A DNA stretch of 55,410 nt, taken from the IMG/VR virus record IMGVR_UViG_3300031578_000045, positions 1 through 55,410 of that record; one strand, given 5' to 3'. Below the pieces are notes generated by a model. The model saw only the letters and a list, made by a program, of their open reading frames with translations. It searched no databases and was not told where the DNA came from. The position numbers were made by a program, and so were the translations under genes. The stretch comes from a virus (taxonomy: Duplodnaviria > Caudoviricetes). This document shows positions 1 to 10,290 of this stretch, one piece after another (within the stretch, counting starts at the first letter, position 1; every line of letters starts with the position of its first letter).

Positions 1-144
1 GACGCAGGGCATTCCACAATCGAGTACGCAGGGTATTCCACAATCAAGTACGCAGGGCATTCCACAATCAAGGACGCAGGGCATTCCACAATCGAGTACG
101 CAGGGTATTCCACAATCAAGTACGCAGGGCATTCCACAATCAAG
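1..144 (+). repeat. 24-bp tandem repeat, 6 units
   Basis: (G/T)ACGCAGGG(C/T)ATTCCACAATC(A/G)AG units read directly. Confidence 0.97.
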
Positions 145-186
145 GGTATAAAATATTTTGAAGGAAAACCAGTAAATAATAACTAA
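1..186 (+). CDS. 3' end of the 8-aa-repeat protein that starts at 54629 (wraps the contig ends)
   Basis: Frame 1 reads DAGHSTIE-YAGYSTIK-YAGHSTIK x2 then GIKYFEGKPVNNN*, the same repeat as at the window end. Confidence 0.85.
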   Translation, partial: DAGHSTIEYAGYSTIKYAGHSTIKDAGHSTIEYAGYSTIKYAGHSTIKGIKYFEGKPVNNN

Positions 187-239
187 AACACCCGGATAGT
201 GACCGGAATTATTAACCTAAACAAAAAACATGGAATTAT
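180..239 (+). repeat. 60-bp direct repeat, copy of 54571-54630
   Basis: TAACTAAAACACCCGGATAGTGACCGG(A/C)ATTATTAACCTAAACAAAAAACATGGAATTAT, 59/60 identical. Confidence 0.95.
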
Positions 240-595
240 ATGAAACGATTAAATCAGAATTACCAGCCATAAGGATTGTTTTATTCATGGCCATGGTGAT
301 GGTAATAATAATTCAAGTAATAATAATTAGAGGGCTTAAAGAAGAAAACTACATGTACGAAACGCAAAGGATGGATTTACTCCGGTCGACTGAAAAAGCC
401 GAAAAAATAGTGAATGATTGTATACTTTTGGAGCATTATCTTAAACAAAGGATTGATTCTTTAAATGTTCAAGATTCAATCGCTGAGATAAGGCAAAACA
501 ACATCGCTAATTATGAAGGGTATATGCAAGCCAACGCAATAATGGTAAAAATGCCGCCTTTTAATGATGAACCGAATTTGGGTGGTGATAACTAA
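230..595 (+). CDS. membrane-anchored hypothetical protein
   Basis: N-terminal hydrophobic helix followed by a coiled-coil-like region. Confidence 0.7.
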   Translation: MELYETIKSELPAIRIVLFMAMVMVIIIQVIIIRGLKEENYMYETQRMDLLRSTEKAEKIVNDCILLEHYLKQRIDSLNVQDSIAEIRQNNIANYEGYMQANAIMVKMPPFNDEPNLGGDN

Positions 596-610
596 AAATA
601 CTTAAAGATT

Positions 611-850
611 ATGATAACAAAATTGAAATTATACGAGGTAAAAGAGATTGAGCCTGAAACAGTAGAACACTTTATGCTTATGCAAAAAGATATTGATGCA
701 AAGATAGAAAGCAGATGGGTTTTGATTTATATGTCAACAAATTATGATTGGGTGGCAAATAGTATTGAAAGAACAAAAGAAAGTAATAAAAAATACTATC
801 CAGAAAAACATTTTGAACTTAAAATATTTAGTGTGCGGTTGCCTTCTTAG
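611..850 (+). CDS. hypothetical protein
   Basis: ORF with A-rich leader. Confidence 0.65.
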   Translation: MITKLKLYEVKEIEPETVEHFMLMQKDIDAKIESRWVLIYMSTNYDWVANSIERTKESNKKYYPEKHFELKIFSVRLPS

Positions 851-945
851 TATTACCGCTAACACCAATATAAAGAACATTTAAAAACTTAATTAACAGC
901 AACATTTTAATAAATTATTCGTATATTAGTCTAAAACTTAATAAA

Positions 946-1206
946 ATGAAAACACTTTTAAATTACCTACTAAATAAGCGATGTATTTTATCCATTGCTA
1001 TGCGATTTTTAAGCGAGGGCAAAAAAGAGCAGATATATATAGCAAGATTTAGATCTGAATTAGCATTTTGGGGTCATGGTGTTTCTGATATGACGGATGA
1101 AGAAATAAAAGAAGGAATTAAAAAAATGGGTGAAATGGTTGAAGCTTGCAGAATGACAACAAATGAAGTTGCAGAAGCTTTTAAAGCGGTGGCAAATTGT
1201 CGTTAA
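946..1206 (+). CDS. cassette-borne hypothetical protein
   Basis: Stop codon is the TAA of the TAAC core at 1204-1207. Confidence 0.7.
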   Translation: MKTLLNYLLNKRCILSIAMRFLSEGKKEQIYIARFRSELAFWGHGVSDMTDEEIKEGIKKMGEMVEACRMTTNEVAEAFKAVANCR

Positions 1207-1344
1207 CGTTGATAATATGAAATCGGTGGGGATTTGAAACACCTACCAACCAAATAAAATTGAAGTTAAACCAAAGCAGAAAGGGTAAATTAAGCACTGC
1301 AACCCCACTGTTTTATATTTATTGTTGTAGTGCGTTTTTGAGCG

Positions 1345-1596
1345 ATGGATTACTTAAAATTAGTAGAAGATTTAAACCAAGAGATGTACGACAAGCACGG
1401 TGAAAACGAAGAGCAATGGTACTATATGTGTACAGGCTTCGTAGATGTGATAGGGTTTGGTGATATAATGCTTTGGAATAGTGAGGGGTGCGATAGGCGT
1501 TGGATAGAAAGTAAGAATGATTATGAACCGCTTAAACCTTATCTAAAGAAGAAGCTTAAAAAGTACGGGCAAAAGATAAGTGCGTTGGCAAGCTAA
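1345..1596 (+). CDS. cassette-borne hypothetical protein
   Basis: ORF lies between complementary GTT and AAC ends. Confidence 0.75.
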   Translation: MDYLKLVEDLNQEMYDKHGENEEQWYYMCTGFVDVIGFGDIMLWNSEGCDRRWIESKNDYEPLKPYLKKKLKKYGQKISALAS

Positions 1597-1639
1597 TGCA
1601 CTACAACAATCAGATAAAGAACATTTAAAACTTAATAAA

Positions 1640-1783
1640 ATGAAAGCTAAAATTGAACAACTAAAGACAGGCAACCAGGCATTAATTAAAAAACATGCTG
1701 AAGATAACGCCAAATTTTGGGAGGCTGCAAAAGCATTCTCTTATTTTAATTATTCTAAAATCGGACGGGCTAAAATCTTTTAA
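1640..1783 (+). CDS. small hypothetical protein (likely start MKAKIE)
   Basis: A-rich leader before the ATG at 1640. Confidence 0.5.
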   Translation: MKAKIEQLKTGNQALIKKHAEDNAKFWEAAKAFSYFNYSKIGRAKIF

Positions 1784-1785
1784 TC

Positions 1786-1992
1786 ATGGAACTTCTTAAA
1801 ATAACACAAGTAAGCGCATGGATTGCCTCAAGGAATGGTGGCAAACCAATAAACCAAGATTATTCTGATTATATAGGACTTACCGAAAGGATTAGGGTAA
1901 TGGAATCAATAAAGTCAAAAGAAAAGCCTGTTAGTGTATTAATGCCTAAAGATTTACTATTTTTGTTTGAACCGTTATTATTTGACAACTAA
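1786..1992 (+). CDS. hypothetical protein
   Basis: ORF in operon context. Confidence 0.55.
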   Translation: MELLKITQVSAWIASRNGGKPINQDYSDYIGLTERIRVMESIKSKEKPVSVLMPKDLLFLFEPLLFDN

Positions 1993-2105
1993 TGAATGAA
2001 AACCTATATAGAACAATAGAATTAGTCTTAACGATAATATTAATCATAGGGCTTATTGTGTTCTTGTTCTCAGGGAATAGAATGTATTAACTAAAACTAT
2101 AATAA

Positions 2106-2624
2106 ATGAAAGAACTTTTATTAAAAATAGGATTGCTAATCATGAGCATTATTATTGTCTTATGGTACCGTTGGTTTTGTAAAACAAAATATGGCTTGCG
2201 GTCAAGTATTTCAATGAGTGCCAAAAACTTCAGGGATGACGGGAAACAATTTTACACCCATTTTTTTATTACTTTCGGTATTTGTTTTCCGGTGGCTTAT
2301 ATTGCACAGACTTATTTAATCACAATAGCGGCTGGCTTATTGTTTTGCATTGGGATAATAACAGGGTATAATAAAAACCTCAAGGAATTGCCCATACAGC
2401 ATGTTGTACATGTTTTCTTTGCTTTTATCCCTATAAGTATTTTTGTGCTTGGGTTGGTATTTATTAATCTTTGGTATTGTGTGATAATGGGGTTATGTTT
2501 GGTCCCTATAATTAACTGGCTGGTAAAAAAGGATAAGGATATAACCCGGAAAGTGGAATATTTAGTGATTTACGCGGCTTGGGTAATATTTGCGATTGAA
2601 TTATTTAAAGAATATTTAAATTAA
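2106..2624 (+). CDS. multi-pass membrane protein
   Basis: About 5-6 hydrophobic segments. Confidence 0.75.
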   Translation: MKELLLKIGLLIMSIIIVLWYRWFCKTKYGLRSSISMSAKNFRDDGKQFYTHFFITFGICFPVAYIAQTYLITIAAGLLFCIGIITGYNKNLKELPIQHVVHVFFAFIPISIFVLGLVFINLWYCVIMGLCLVPIINWLVKKDKDITRKVEYLVIYAAWVIFAIELFKEYLN

Positions 2625-2625
2625 C

Positions 2626-2950
2626 ATGAAAAGACTACTATTAATACTACTTCTTGGGGCAGCACTGGGGAGTATAAGCGCACAAAGCGCAGTAACACAC
2701 CAAAAAACTTGAGTTCATAGACGGAAACCCAACCTATGACTATACACTTGTATTTAAAACCCATATACAAGCTATGTGGATGTATAACCGGTTTTCAAGG
2801 GCAGGGAAATACCGCCCAATAATAAGGGAATGCATGGTATTAAAGTGCGAGTATCATATAAAACTACACCCTGGGGATGAATTTCTATTCATGAAAAATG
2901 GGAAAAGATTAATTGTTCCGTATAGGTTACAGATAAAAACAAGGATTTAA
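2626..2950 (+). pseudogene. frameshifted signal-peptide gene
   Basis: MKRLLLILLLGAALGSISAQ.. stops at 2712, but the +1 frame stays open from ACACACCAAAAAA to 2950. Confidence 0.6.
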
Positions 2951-3047
2951 TTTGCATAAGTCTTTTAAAAAGACTATAATTGTATTGATGTTTTCATAAT
3001 GTATAGGCAAAGGGGGTATTAAGATATGTGTAGCCCCCTTTGTTTTT
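2951..3047 (+). ncRNA. candidate small RNA (promoter, TTTTCAT tract, terminator)
   Basis: TTTG 2951 / TATAATTG 2975; hairpin CAAAGGGGGT..GCCCCCTTTG followed by a T run. Confidence 0.35.
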
Positions 3048-3230
3048 AAAAGAAGGCCGTAATAGGATACACATCGAAATTAATTTGAACTAAGTTCTTT
3101 AAAATACTAATCGTAATTATACTAATGGGTGAGAATAATGGGCTTGAAATATCCATTTTTCCGAAATTCTTAAAAGCCTTGCGAAGTAGCTGCCATAATA
3201 TAGTAACCGGAGAAGTCCTATAATTACGTA

Positions 3231-3290
3231 TAAAGGGTGTATCGGTTTATGTTTTAATTGAGAGATGGCGTGGGATACACCCTTTATTTT
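3231..3290 (+). terminator. long hairpin, possible terminator
   Basis: TAAAGGGTGTATC..GATACACCCTTTA then TTTT. Confidence 0.5.
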
Positions 3291-3332
3291 AAAATATTGA
3301 ATACATAAGTGAACTAATAACCTTTACTTTTA

Positions 3333-3536
3333 ATGGCAGATTATTTTAAAATACAAAAACCAATTTTTATAACCACGGAGGTATCCAATGAGCTGCCTAA
3401 TAAAAAAAAGCTTTACAGTGTACAGCGGGGAAATGGTGCCTGGTGCCAATTTGCTTATGACCCAAATGACACTAAAAAAGTTGATGAGTTTAAAAAGAAT
3501 TTCATTAATTGGAAAAAACTAATGCCAAAGAAATGA
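3333..3536 (+). CDS. hypothetical protein
   Basis: ORF. Confidence 0.55.
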   Translation: MADYFKIQKPIFITTEVSNELPNKKKLYSVQRGNGAWCQFAYDPNDTKKVDEFKKNFINWKKLMPKK

Positions 3537-3641
3537 AAATAAAAGACAAAAATATAGGCTATTTATTATTTGGGATAACATTATTTATAATCGGTATTAT
3601 ATTAATGCTTAATTATATATTTAACCATTAAACTTAATTTT

Positions 3642-3794
3642 ATGATGGGAATAGATACTAGTTGTTGCGATAAATGCGGAAGGTCATTTAATGGGAAGGG
3701 CTATATTGAAGTTGATGGATGGAAAATTTGCGGGATATGCCAGTTTGAAAATAATGACCGAAATTACGACTATCCTATAAGTCAGTCAGTGTAA
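3642..3794 (+). CDS. small Zn-finger-like protein (not in ORF track)
   Basis: MMGIDTSCCDKCG...ICGICQ, two CxxC motifs. Confidence 0.5.
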   Translation: MMGIDTSCCDKCGRSFNGKGYIEVDGWKICGICQFENNDRNYDYPISQSV

Positions 3795-3817
3795 ACAAAG
3801 GATTCGGAACATTTGCC

Positions 3818-4018
3818 ATGAGTGAACTAGATAAAGAACACCAAAAAGAGCTAATAAAAAAAGTCATCCAGGAAGATGAGGAATATGGTTTATACGATTC
3901 CTGCGAATTTTGTAAATACAAACGACTTGAAGATACTTTTGAGGAATTGCTAAAACAACATATTGTAAGTTCAGAACTTAAGGATTTCTACCGGAACAAA
4001 GCTTATAAAAATGACTAG
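3818..4018 (+). CDS. hypothetical protein
   Basis: ORF. Confidence 0.55.
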   Translation: MSELDKEHQKELIKKVIQEDEEYGLYDSCEFCKYKRLEDTFEELLKQHIVSSELKDFYRNKAYKND

Positions 4019-4367
4019 ATTAAAAGAAGTCTTATACGAAATAGAAGTAAAGAACAACGCGCTAAGAAATTGCAAAGGTTGTGCCCAAAAAACCCGGCTA
4101 TTGCAAGCATTAAGATATTTAAAAAAAGAACTTGAACAATTAACCAGCTAATATGAAAATCTTAATCTTAATACCTATATTATGCTTCTTATACACGGCA
4201 TATTACATAATGTCCGCAAGGAATTACCTGTTTATTGATAAATTAGGCGTGTTAGTATTCGGGGCACTGGTTTGGTCAATACCTTTTATTATGTTTTATT
4301 ATATACTATTTAATTAGGAATTGTAAATAATGTTTCGTAATTTTAATGTAAACAAAACTACTATATT

Positions 4368-4637
4368 ATGAAAACACTACTAACAATTACCGCAATTATC
4401 CTTTTATCTTCCTGCGGGGCGATGAAAGAAGGAATACACAGCAACTACATTTTATACAACAAAACACAAGCTTTTTTTGTATTGGAAGAAGTAAATCCCC
4501 ATAAGCTAATAGTTGAGAACGCCCAGGGAACACAGAAGTTTAGGCTTTATGATTACAATCAGGTATTTAATGTCTCGGATACTATATTAACCATAGAAAA
4601 CCAATGGGTATTTGGACAGATAAAATTTGTAAGATGA
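4368..4637 (+). CDS. lipoprotein
   Basis: MKTLLTITAIILLSSC lipobox. Confidence 0.75.
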   Translation: MKTLLTITAIILLSSCGAMKEGIHSNYILYNKTQAFFVLEEVNPHKLIVENAQGTQKFRLYDYNQVFNVSDTILTIENQWVFGQIKFVR

Positions 4638-4811
4638 AAAGAGCTAAATTAATAAAAAAAATACAAACATCTGCTAGATGGGGATTATGCGCATGGATAT
4701 GCGTTGGCATTTATAAAGAAACTGGGATTTACACTTTAATTTTTGCATTACTTTTGTTTATCTACACAGAGATAATGCAATTATATTTAAATAAAAAGTT
4801 TTCAAAAACAG

Positions 4812-5255
4812 ATGATAAACATGAAGTATAAAACAATTGATATGGATGTAGTATTGTTACGTATATTATCATATAAATCGATATTAGATTTCGGCAAATA
4901 TAATATGTCTAGCGTACAGCAATTACTCGATTTAAAAAAAACAGGTTATTTACGATGGGTTTATTACTCATGTAGTAAAATTTCATTTACATATGATATA
5001 CTTAAAGAGATAGGGGTTATTACAGACAAGTATGACGACAGAATTGAGAAACCAGGTACTGATATTGAATTATGGGAAAGATTAGATGCTATTAAATTTA
5101 ATAGACTATGCTATCGTTTAAGCCCAAAACACGTCATGAATAGGTATAGGATGGGATTTAAACATAAAATGCGTGCCAATAAAAACAAGGATAAAATATT
5201 TTTTTCTAAAAGGTCAATGCAGAGTAGGAACCATGGAAGACAAACAACAATATAG
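4812..5255 (+). CDS. hypothetical protein with FGKY motif
   Basis: ORF; LDFGKY. Confidence 0.65.
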   Translation: MINMKYKTIDMDVVLLRILSYKSILDFGKYNMSSVQQLLDLKKTGYLRWVYYSCSKISFTYDILKEIGVITDKYDDRIEKPGTDIELWERLDAIKFNRLCYRLSPKHVMNRYRMGFKHKMRANKNKDKIFFSKRSMQSRNHGRQTTI

Positions 5256-5372
5256 TTTCAGTATTAAAGCAATACACCACAACGATAAAAAGTCATTTGA
5301 GTTCTTTAAATACGATGATAGGATTGATATTAAAATAACTAAATAGGGTATAATGTTCTAGAATAATAAACC

Positions 5373-5660
5373 ATGAACAAAACAAAACGATACAGACAAC
5401 TAAAAAAATATCTAAAAACATTAATGATAAGAAAAGTGTTTCTTTCAAGTATATTAGACAATGAAAAAGAACCTAAACAAAGAAGGATAAAAGCTAGTTG
5501 TCTAAAAATAAAGCTTTTATATAAAATCTGCGAAACATATAAAGAAATGGGATATATAGCTGAATATAAAGGTAAGTTATGGACTAGACTTTGGACTAGA
5601 TTTTTTATAATGATCATGATCATAATCATTATATCCCAAATCATAAATATTTGCAATTAA
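5373..5660 (+). CDS. hypothetical protein with C-terminal TM segment
   Basis: ORF. Confidence 0.55.
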   Translation: MNKTKRYRQLKKYLKTLMIRKVFLSSILDNEKEPKQRRIKASCLKIKLLYKICETYKEMGYIAEYKGKLWTRLWTRFFIMIMIIIIISQIINICN

Positions 5661-5971
5661 CTAATTAATTCACTATATTGCGGTTGTTAAATATTTGAGT
5701 AATATTATAAAGAAAAAGCTAAAGATGAACAAACAAAGTAAAATACAAATAACCGAAATAACCGATAGCTTGCAAAAGCTAAGAAAATTATCTGAAAAAT
5801 ATTTATATCATATAAGATGTGCCGAGAAGTGTTTTAATGAAATAGCTGAACTAAACCCAAATAAAGAAGTAACAACGACAATATCTGATAAAGGATTATT
5901 ACAGAACCTGAGAAATATTGATTAAAAATGCCAGCAACAAAAGATAATGAGCCTTTCTTAAATAAAAAGCA

Positions 5972-6427
5972 ATGACATACACTAAAGAACAAATAGAAAA
6001 AGCTAAAGAAACAATAATACAAGGTATCTATGAAGGTAAAAGCCTAAAAAGTATCTTAGATGAAGATAAATTACAAGATGAAGGCAGAACTATACCAGAT
6101 AGATCAATAGTATATACATGGCTAAACGAAAACCACGAAAATTATGACGCAATATTTTTCAACAATTACGCGCATGCGCGCGAGGATTCAAGCGACTTAG
6201 ACGCTGATAGGATAGAGGATTTAAACGCAGAAATAAGGTCTAAAAAAATAGACCCGCAATCAGCTAGGGTAATTGCGGATAACCTCAAATGGATTGCAGG
6301 TAAAAAGAAGCCAAAAAAATATGGTGACCGCACTTCTTTAGATTTATCTGGAGAATTAAAACAAACTAAAGAAATTACCCTTACAGATGATCAACTGCAA
6401 AAGATTATAGATGAAATCAAGCCTTGA
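5972..6427 (+). CDS. terS: terminase small subunit
   Basis: Sf6-like pattern (PDRSIVYTWL, KWIAGKKKPKKYGDR) directly upstream of TerL. Confidence 0.9.
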   Translation: MTYTKEQIEKAKETIIQGIYEGKSLKSILDEDKLQDEGRTIPDRSIVYTWLNENHENYDAIFFNNYAHAREDSSDLDADRIEDLNAEIRSKKIDPQSARVIADNLKWIAGKKKPKKYGDRTSLDLSGELKQTKEITLTDDQLQKIIDEIKP

Positions 6428-7730
6428 TATTTTAATACAGCCGGCGCGTATAAATTTTTGGGCATTTTGTTGTTACTATGATTATGAATTTTTTAGGATA
6501 AAAAGACCGTTCCTTTATCAAATAGCAGAAGCATTACAAAATATATCAGATAAAAAAATACACTCGTTAGCTGTATCGTTACCCCCCAGATCGGGAAAAT
6601 CATATATTATATCTTTATTTGCAGCGTGGGTTATAGGTAATAACCCCGAAGGGTCTGTGATGCGTAATTGCTGCACTGCAACGTTATATAATAAATTCTC
6701 TTACGATACAAGGGATATAGTAAAATCGGGTAAGTTTAAAAATGTGTTTCCATATATAGAGTTATCGAACGATAAAACAGCGGTAACAGGATGGAATGTA
6801 AAGACAGCCAAGCAGGTTACTTATTTCGGAAACGGCGTAGGGGGCACTATTATTGGTTTCGGTGCCTCTTTGGTGGCTATAACAGATGATTTATATAAGG
6901 ATCATAACGATTATTTCAGCGAGACTATAAACGATAAGATATTATTTTGGTATGATTCTGCCCATGGTTCCAGACAGGAGAATGATTGCCCTATAATAGA
7001 CATGGGCACAAGGTGGGGCGAATGTGACGTAATAGGCACTAACATAAAAAAAGGCAAATACGATAAAATAATAACAGTTCCGGCATTAAATGACGAAGGC
7101 GCGACATTTTGCGATGATGTTAAAAGTACTCAGGAATACCTAGATATTAAAAAAGACATAGATTCTTTTATATGGAACTCTGAGTATATGCAAGACCCCC
7201 AGCCATTAGAGGGATTGGTATTTCCTGAGATTAAATACTACGATGAACTAAATGATAATGAAGGAAACATAATAGCCTATGCAGACACGGCAGACGAGGG
7301 AACTGATTACTATGCAATGCCAATAGCTAAACTAATAGCAGGAAAGGTTTATATAATTGATGTTATTTTTAACCAGTATAACTTAGATACTAATACACCT
7401 TTATTATTGTCAATGATTGACAAATACAATATAGACAACCTTCATATAGAAACCAATAAAGAAGGTGGATTGTTAGTTAAGAACCTAAGAAACCAAACTA
7501 ACTGCACCATAAGGGGGCTATTTAATACAGCCAATAAGATGAGCCGTATATTTACGCAGAGCGGGTTTATAATGGACAACTTTTATTTCAAAAAGAACCA
7601 TTCAAACCCAGAGTATGAGAAGTTTATCAGCCAGACTAAACGAGTAATGAAAACAAGCCGGTCGAATGATGATGCCCCGGACGCATTGGCAGGTCTGGCT
7701 TTTATAATAAGAAGGAATTTTCTAACTTAA
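6411..7730 (+). CDS. terL: terminase large subunit
   Basis: LPPRSGKS Walker A, ITDDL Walker B, MGTRW, EYMQDP, DDAPDA nuclease motif. Confidence 0.95.
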   Translation: MKSSLDILIQPARINFWAFCCYYDYEFFRIKRPFLYQIAEALQNISDKKIHSLAVSLPPRSGKSYIISLFAAWVIGNNPEGSVMRNCCTATLYNKFSYDTRDIVKSGKFKNVFPYIELSNDKTAVTGWNVKTAKQVTYFGNGVGGTIIGFGASLVAITDDLYKDHNDYFSETINDKILFWYDSAHGSRQENDCPIIDMGTRWGECDVIGTNIKKGKYDKIITVPALNDEGATFCDDVKSTQEYLDIKKDIDSFIWNSEYMQDPQPLEGLVFPEIKYYDELNDNEGNIIAYADTADEGTDYYAMPIAKLIAGKVYIIDVIFNQYNLDTNTPLLLSMIDKYNIDNLHIETNKEGGLLVKNLRNQTNCTIRGLFNTANKMSRIFTQSGFIMDNFYFKKNHSNPEYEKFISQTKRVMKTSRSNDDAPDALAGLAFIIRRNFLT

Positions 7731-7763
7731 ATTATTTATTAAATAATAATATCAAGGCTAATA

Positions 7764-7976
7764 ATGAATGTAACAGTAATACATAAGAAAACAAACAAAT
7801 CAACAGTGTGTTGTATTGCCGAAGCTGCTAGAATAATAGGTATCCAATATAAGAGATTGCAACGATGGAGGGATAAACGTATTAAAGATGGTACATACAT
7901 AGAAGATTATTACAATTACATTATATATTTCAATACCTATATAATCAAACAAGATAAAAGGGGAATGTCTTTTTAA
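7764..7976 (+). CDS. small HTH-like DNA-binding protein
   Basis: IAEAARIIGIQYKRLQRW. Confidence 0.6.
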   Translation: MNVTVIHKKTNKSTVCCIAEAARIIGIQYKRLQRWRDKRIKDGTYIEDYYNYIIYFNTYIIKQDKRGMSF

Positions 7977-7995
7977 CGCCGATTAATAGGTTGTT

Positions 7996-8038
7996 ATTTA
8001 GAATGATTCTAAATTGTGGATAATATATTTTATCTTTG
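7996..8038 (+). promoter_or_regulatory. palindromic operator and Bacteroidota -7 box upstream of the head genes
   Basis: ATTTAGAA-TGA-TTCTAAAT at 7996-8014; TATCTTTG at 8031-8038. Confidence 0.7.
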
Positions 8039-8061
8039 AATAGTAATTACTATATCAATAG

Positions 8062-9432
8062 ATGAAATTATTCAGTTTAGGAAAGAAACTTAATAAATTA
8101 AGGGGCAAATCTTCCTCTTACGGATACTATTCAACATACATAACCAAAGACCAGCCAGTTTGGCAACTGTTCACAGAGTTCTCACATTACATCCGAGCCT
8201 TTGAATGTAACCCCATAGTCAACGCTGTTATTTCTTTACGTGCCAGGTTCTTCGCTAATATGAAGTTTACCCTTGTAGAAGTAGATACAAATGAAGAAAT
8301 AATCAAAGGGCACAAACGGTTTAAGGAATTTGAAAGGCTAATAAATTTATTAGCCAGCCCTAACCCACTACAAAGTACATGGGAATGGCTGAAGTTTTCA
8401 AGCATTAACCAGGATGTATTCGGTAATTCATACGACTATGCGGCGGTACCAAAAGGCTACGAAGATAGGTTTACTTATGAAGATGTAAACGCTATAAATA
8501 ACATACCGCCTTATCTATTAGCCCCTGTGTTGACTGGTAAATGGTTAGAGGCAACAGAAAAAACTGAAATTATATCAAAATTTGTATTAACGGTCGACGC
8601 CAAACAACGTGACATTAATACAAATCAAATATTTCACAGGAACTATCCTAACCTTAAAATGGATAATACCTTTACGCAGGGCGAATCTTTGCTGAAAACT
8701 TTAGCCCGCCCTATATCAAACATCGATGCAGCACTGGAAAGCCGTAATGTTATTATCCGTAAACGAGGTGCAATAGGCGCATGGGTAAGTGATGCTAAAG
8801 ATCAGATTGGTTCAGTGCCATTAAGTGAGCTAGAAATAAAAAAAGCACAAAAGGCATTTGAAAAATACGGGACATTAGAACATCAATATCAACAGATGAT
8901 TAACCCAATAGCTTTAAAATGGCAGAGTACAGTGCCCCCAATAAAGGATTTAATGCTACTCGAAGAAATATCTTCAGATGCTATTTACATTGCTAATCAA
9001 TTTGGCGTACCTGAGGTATTGCTTAAGACGTATTTCTCTGGAGCAACGTTTGAAAATCAAGAAGCTTCAGTACGTAGGATGTACCAGGATACTACAATCC
9101 CAGAAGCTAAAGACTGGTTAACAGGGTTTAATAATTTCCTTAAGATGGGCGATAGTGGGGTAATTATCAAAGGTACTTACGACCATCTCCCAGTATTACA
9201 ATCAGACAAGAATGAATCAGCAGACGTAACGAGCAAAGATTCTGCCCGGTTAATGGATATGTTCCTTAAAGGGGCAATAATATATGATAATTGGTTGACA
9301 GGTGTGGGATTGCCTTCAGACACTGAAATAGGAGGAAAAAGGATATGGGATTTAACTCCGGAACAAATTGCTATAATAACTAATAGGACATTATATACCA
9401 ACACCAATGAACAACAAAAAATAAAGATATGA
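8062..9432 (+). CDS. portal protein (HK97-like)
   Basis: PNPLQS..GNSY, IANQFGVP..ATFENQE motifs; position. Confidence 0.92.
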   Translation: MKLFSLGKKLNKLRGKSSSYGYYSTYITKDQPVWQLFTEFSHYIRAFECNPIVNAVISLRARFFANMKFTLVEVDTNEEIIKGHKRFKEFERLINLLASPNPLQSTWEWLKFSSINQDVFGNSYDYAAVPKGYEDRFTYEDVNAINNIPPYLLAPVLTGKWLEATEKTEIISKFVLTVDAKQRDINTNQIFHRNYPNLKMDNTFTQGESLLKTLARPISNIDAALESRNVIIRKRGAIGAWVSDAKDQIGSVPLSELEIKKAQKAFEKYGTLEHQYQQMINPIALKWQSTVPPIKDLMLLEEISSDAIYIANQFGVPEVLLKTYFSGATFENQEASVRRMYQDTTIPEAKDWLTGFNNFLKMGDSGVIIKGTYDHLPVLQSDKNESADVTSKDSARLMDMFLKGAIIYDNWLTGVGLPSDTEIGGKRIWDLTPEQIAIITNRTLYTNTNEQQKIKI

Positions 9433-10289
9433 AACTGTCAGTAAAAGATAAACTTAACATGTATTATCCTGTTAAAAGTTCAGGATTGGACTTGCAGGTT
9501 AAAGATGTTGACTTAAATAAAAGGATAGTCCAGTTCATTGCTAATACATATATGTTTATGGACAAGGACTTAGATGTATTGATCCCAGGGGTAGCGTTGA
9601 AGTCAATAAATGACCGTGGTCCACTTTCACAAGCAGCGGCAAAAATAAAACATTTAAGGGATCATAAACTATCTACTAGGGATATGATAGGTAAACCATT
9701 ATTGATTGATGAAAGGAATATAAATGGGAATGATGTTTTGTTTTTTGAATCTAAAATAACTAAAGGTACTGATGGGGATGATGTGCTTATAAAATACCAA
9801 GAGGGTATATTAGATAACCATTCTATAGGATTTAGATATAGGGATATAGCATTAGCAGATAAAGAATCCAATAATGAGGATGAAAGAAAAAGATTTGATG
9901 AATATATTTCTCAAATTATAAATAAACAAGAAGCTGAAGATACTGGGTTCTTTTTTGTTGTAAAACAGATTGAGCTTTTTGAAGCTTCTGCTGTTCCTTT
10001 TGGTTCAAATGAATTAACCAATACAGTTGGGATTAAATCAAAAAATAAAGAAGTTGTTTTATTGGATTTGTTTTCTAGAATAGACGTATTAAAATCCCAA
10101 CTTAAAAGCGGCTCTGCATCTGATGACACAATGAAGGATTTTGAATTACAATTACTACAAATAAAACAAATAATAACAGATATGTTTTATGCCGAACCGT
10201 CTATAAAAGAAATATTAAAAACTTCTGATATGGATACTCGACAGGAAAAAACATTTAAAGAATTAATAAATGAATTTAAAATAATTTAA
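9429..10289 (+). CDS. prohead maturation protease (HK97 family)
   Basis: HLRDH, HSIGF, ELFEASAVPFGSN. Confidence 0.92.
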   Translation: MKLSVKDKLNMYYPVKSSGLDLQVKDVDLNKRIVQFIANTYMFMDKDLDVLIPGVALKSINDRGPLSQAAAKIKHLRDHKLSTRDMIGKPLLIDERNINGNDVLFFESKITKGTDGDDVLIKYQEGILDNHSIGFRYRDIALADKESNNEDERKRFDEYISQIINKQEAEDTGFFFVVKQIELFEASAVPFGSNELTNTVGIKSKNKEVVLLDLFSRIDVLKSQLKSGSASDDTMKDFELQLLQIKQIITDMFYAEPSIKEILKTSDMDTRQEKTFKELINEFKII

Positions 10290-10290
10290 A

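Larger units (their letters stand above)
855..1640. mobile_element. attC-like gene cassette array 1
   Basis: Hairpin 1201-1330 (AATATGAAATCGGTGGGG / CCCCACTGTTTTATATT); GTTGTAGTGC at 1324 complements GCACTACAAC at 1598-1607; degenerate site at 861-999. Confidence 0.75.
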
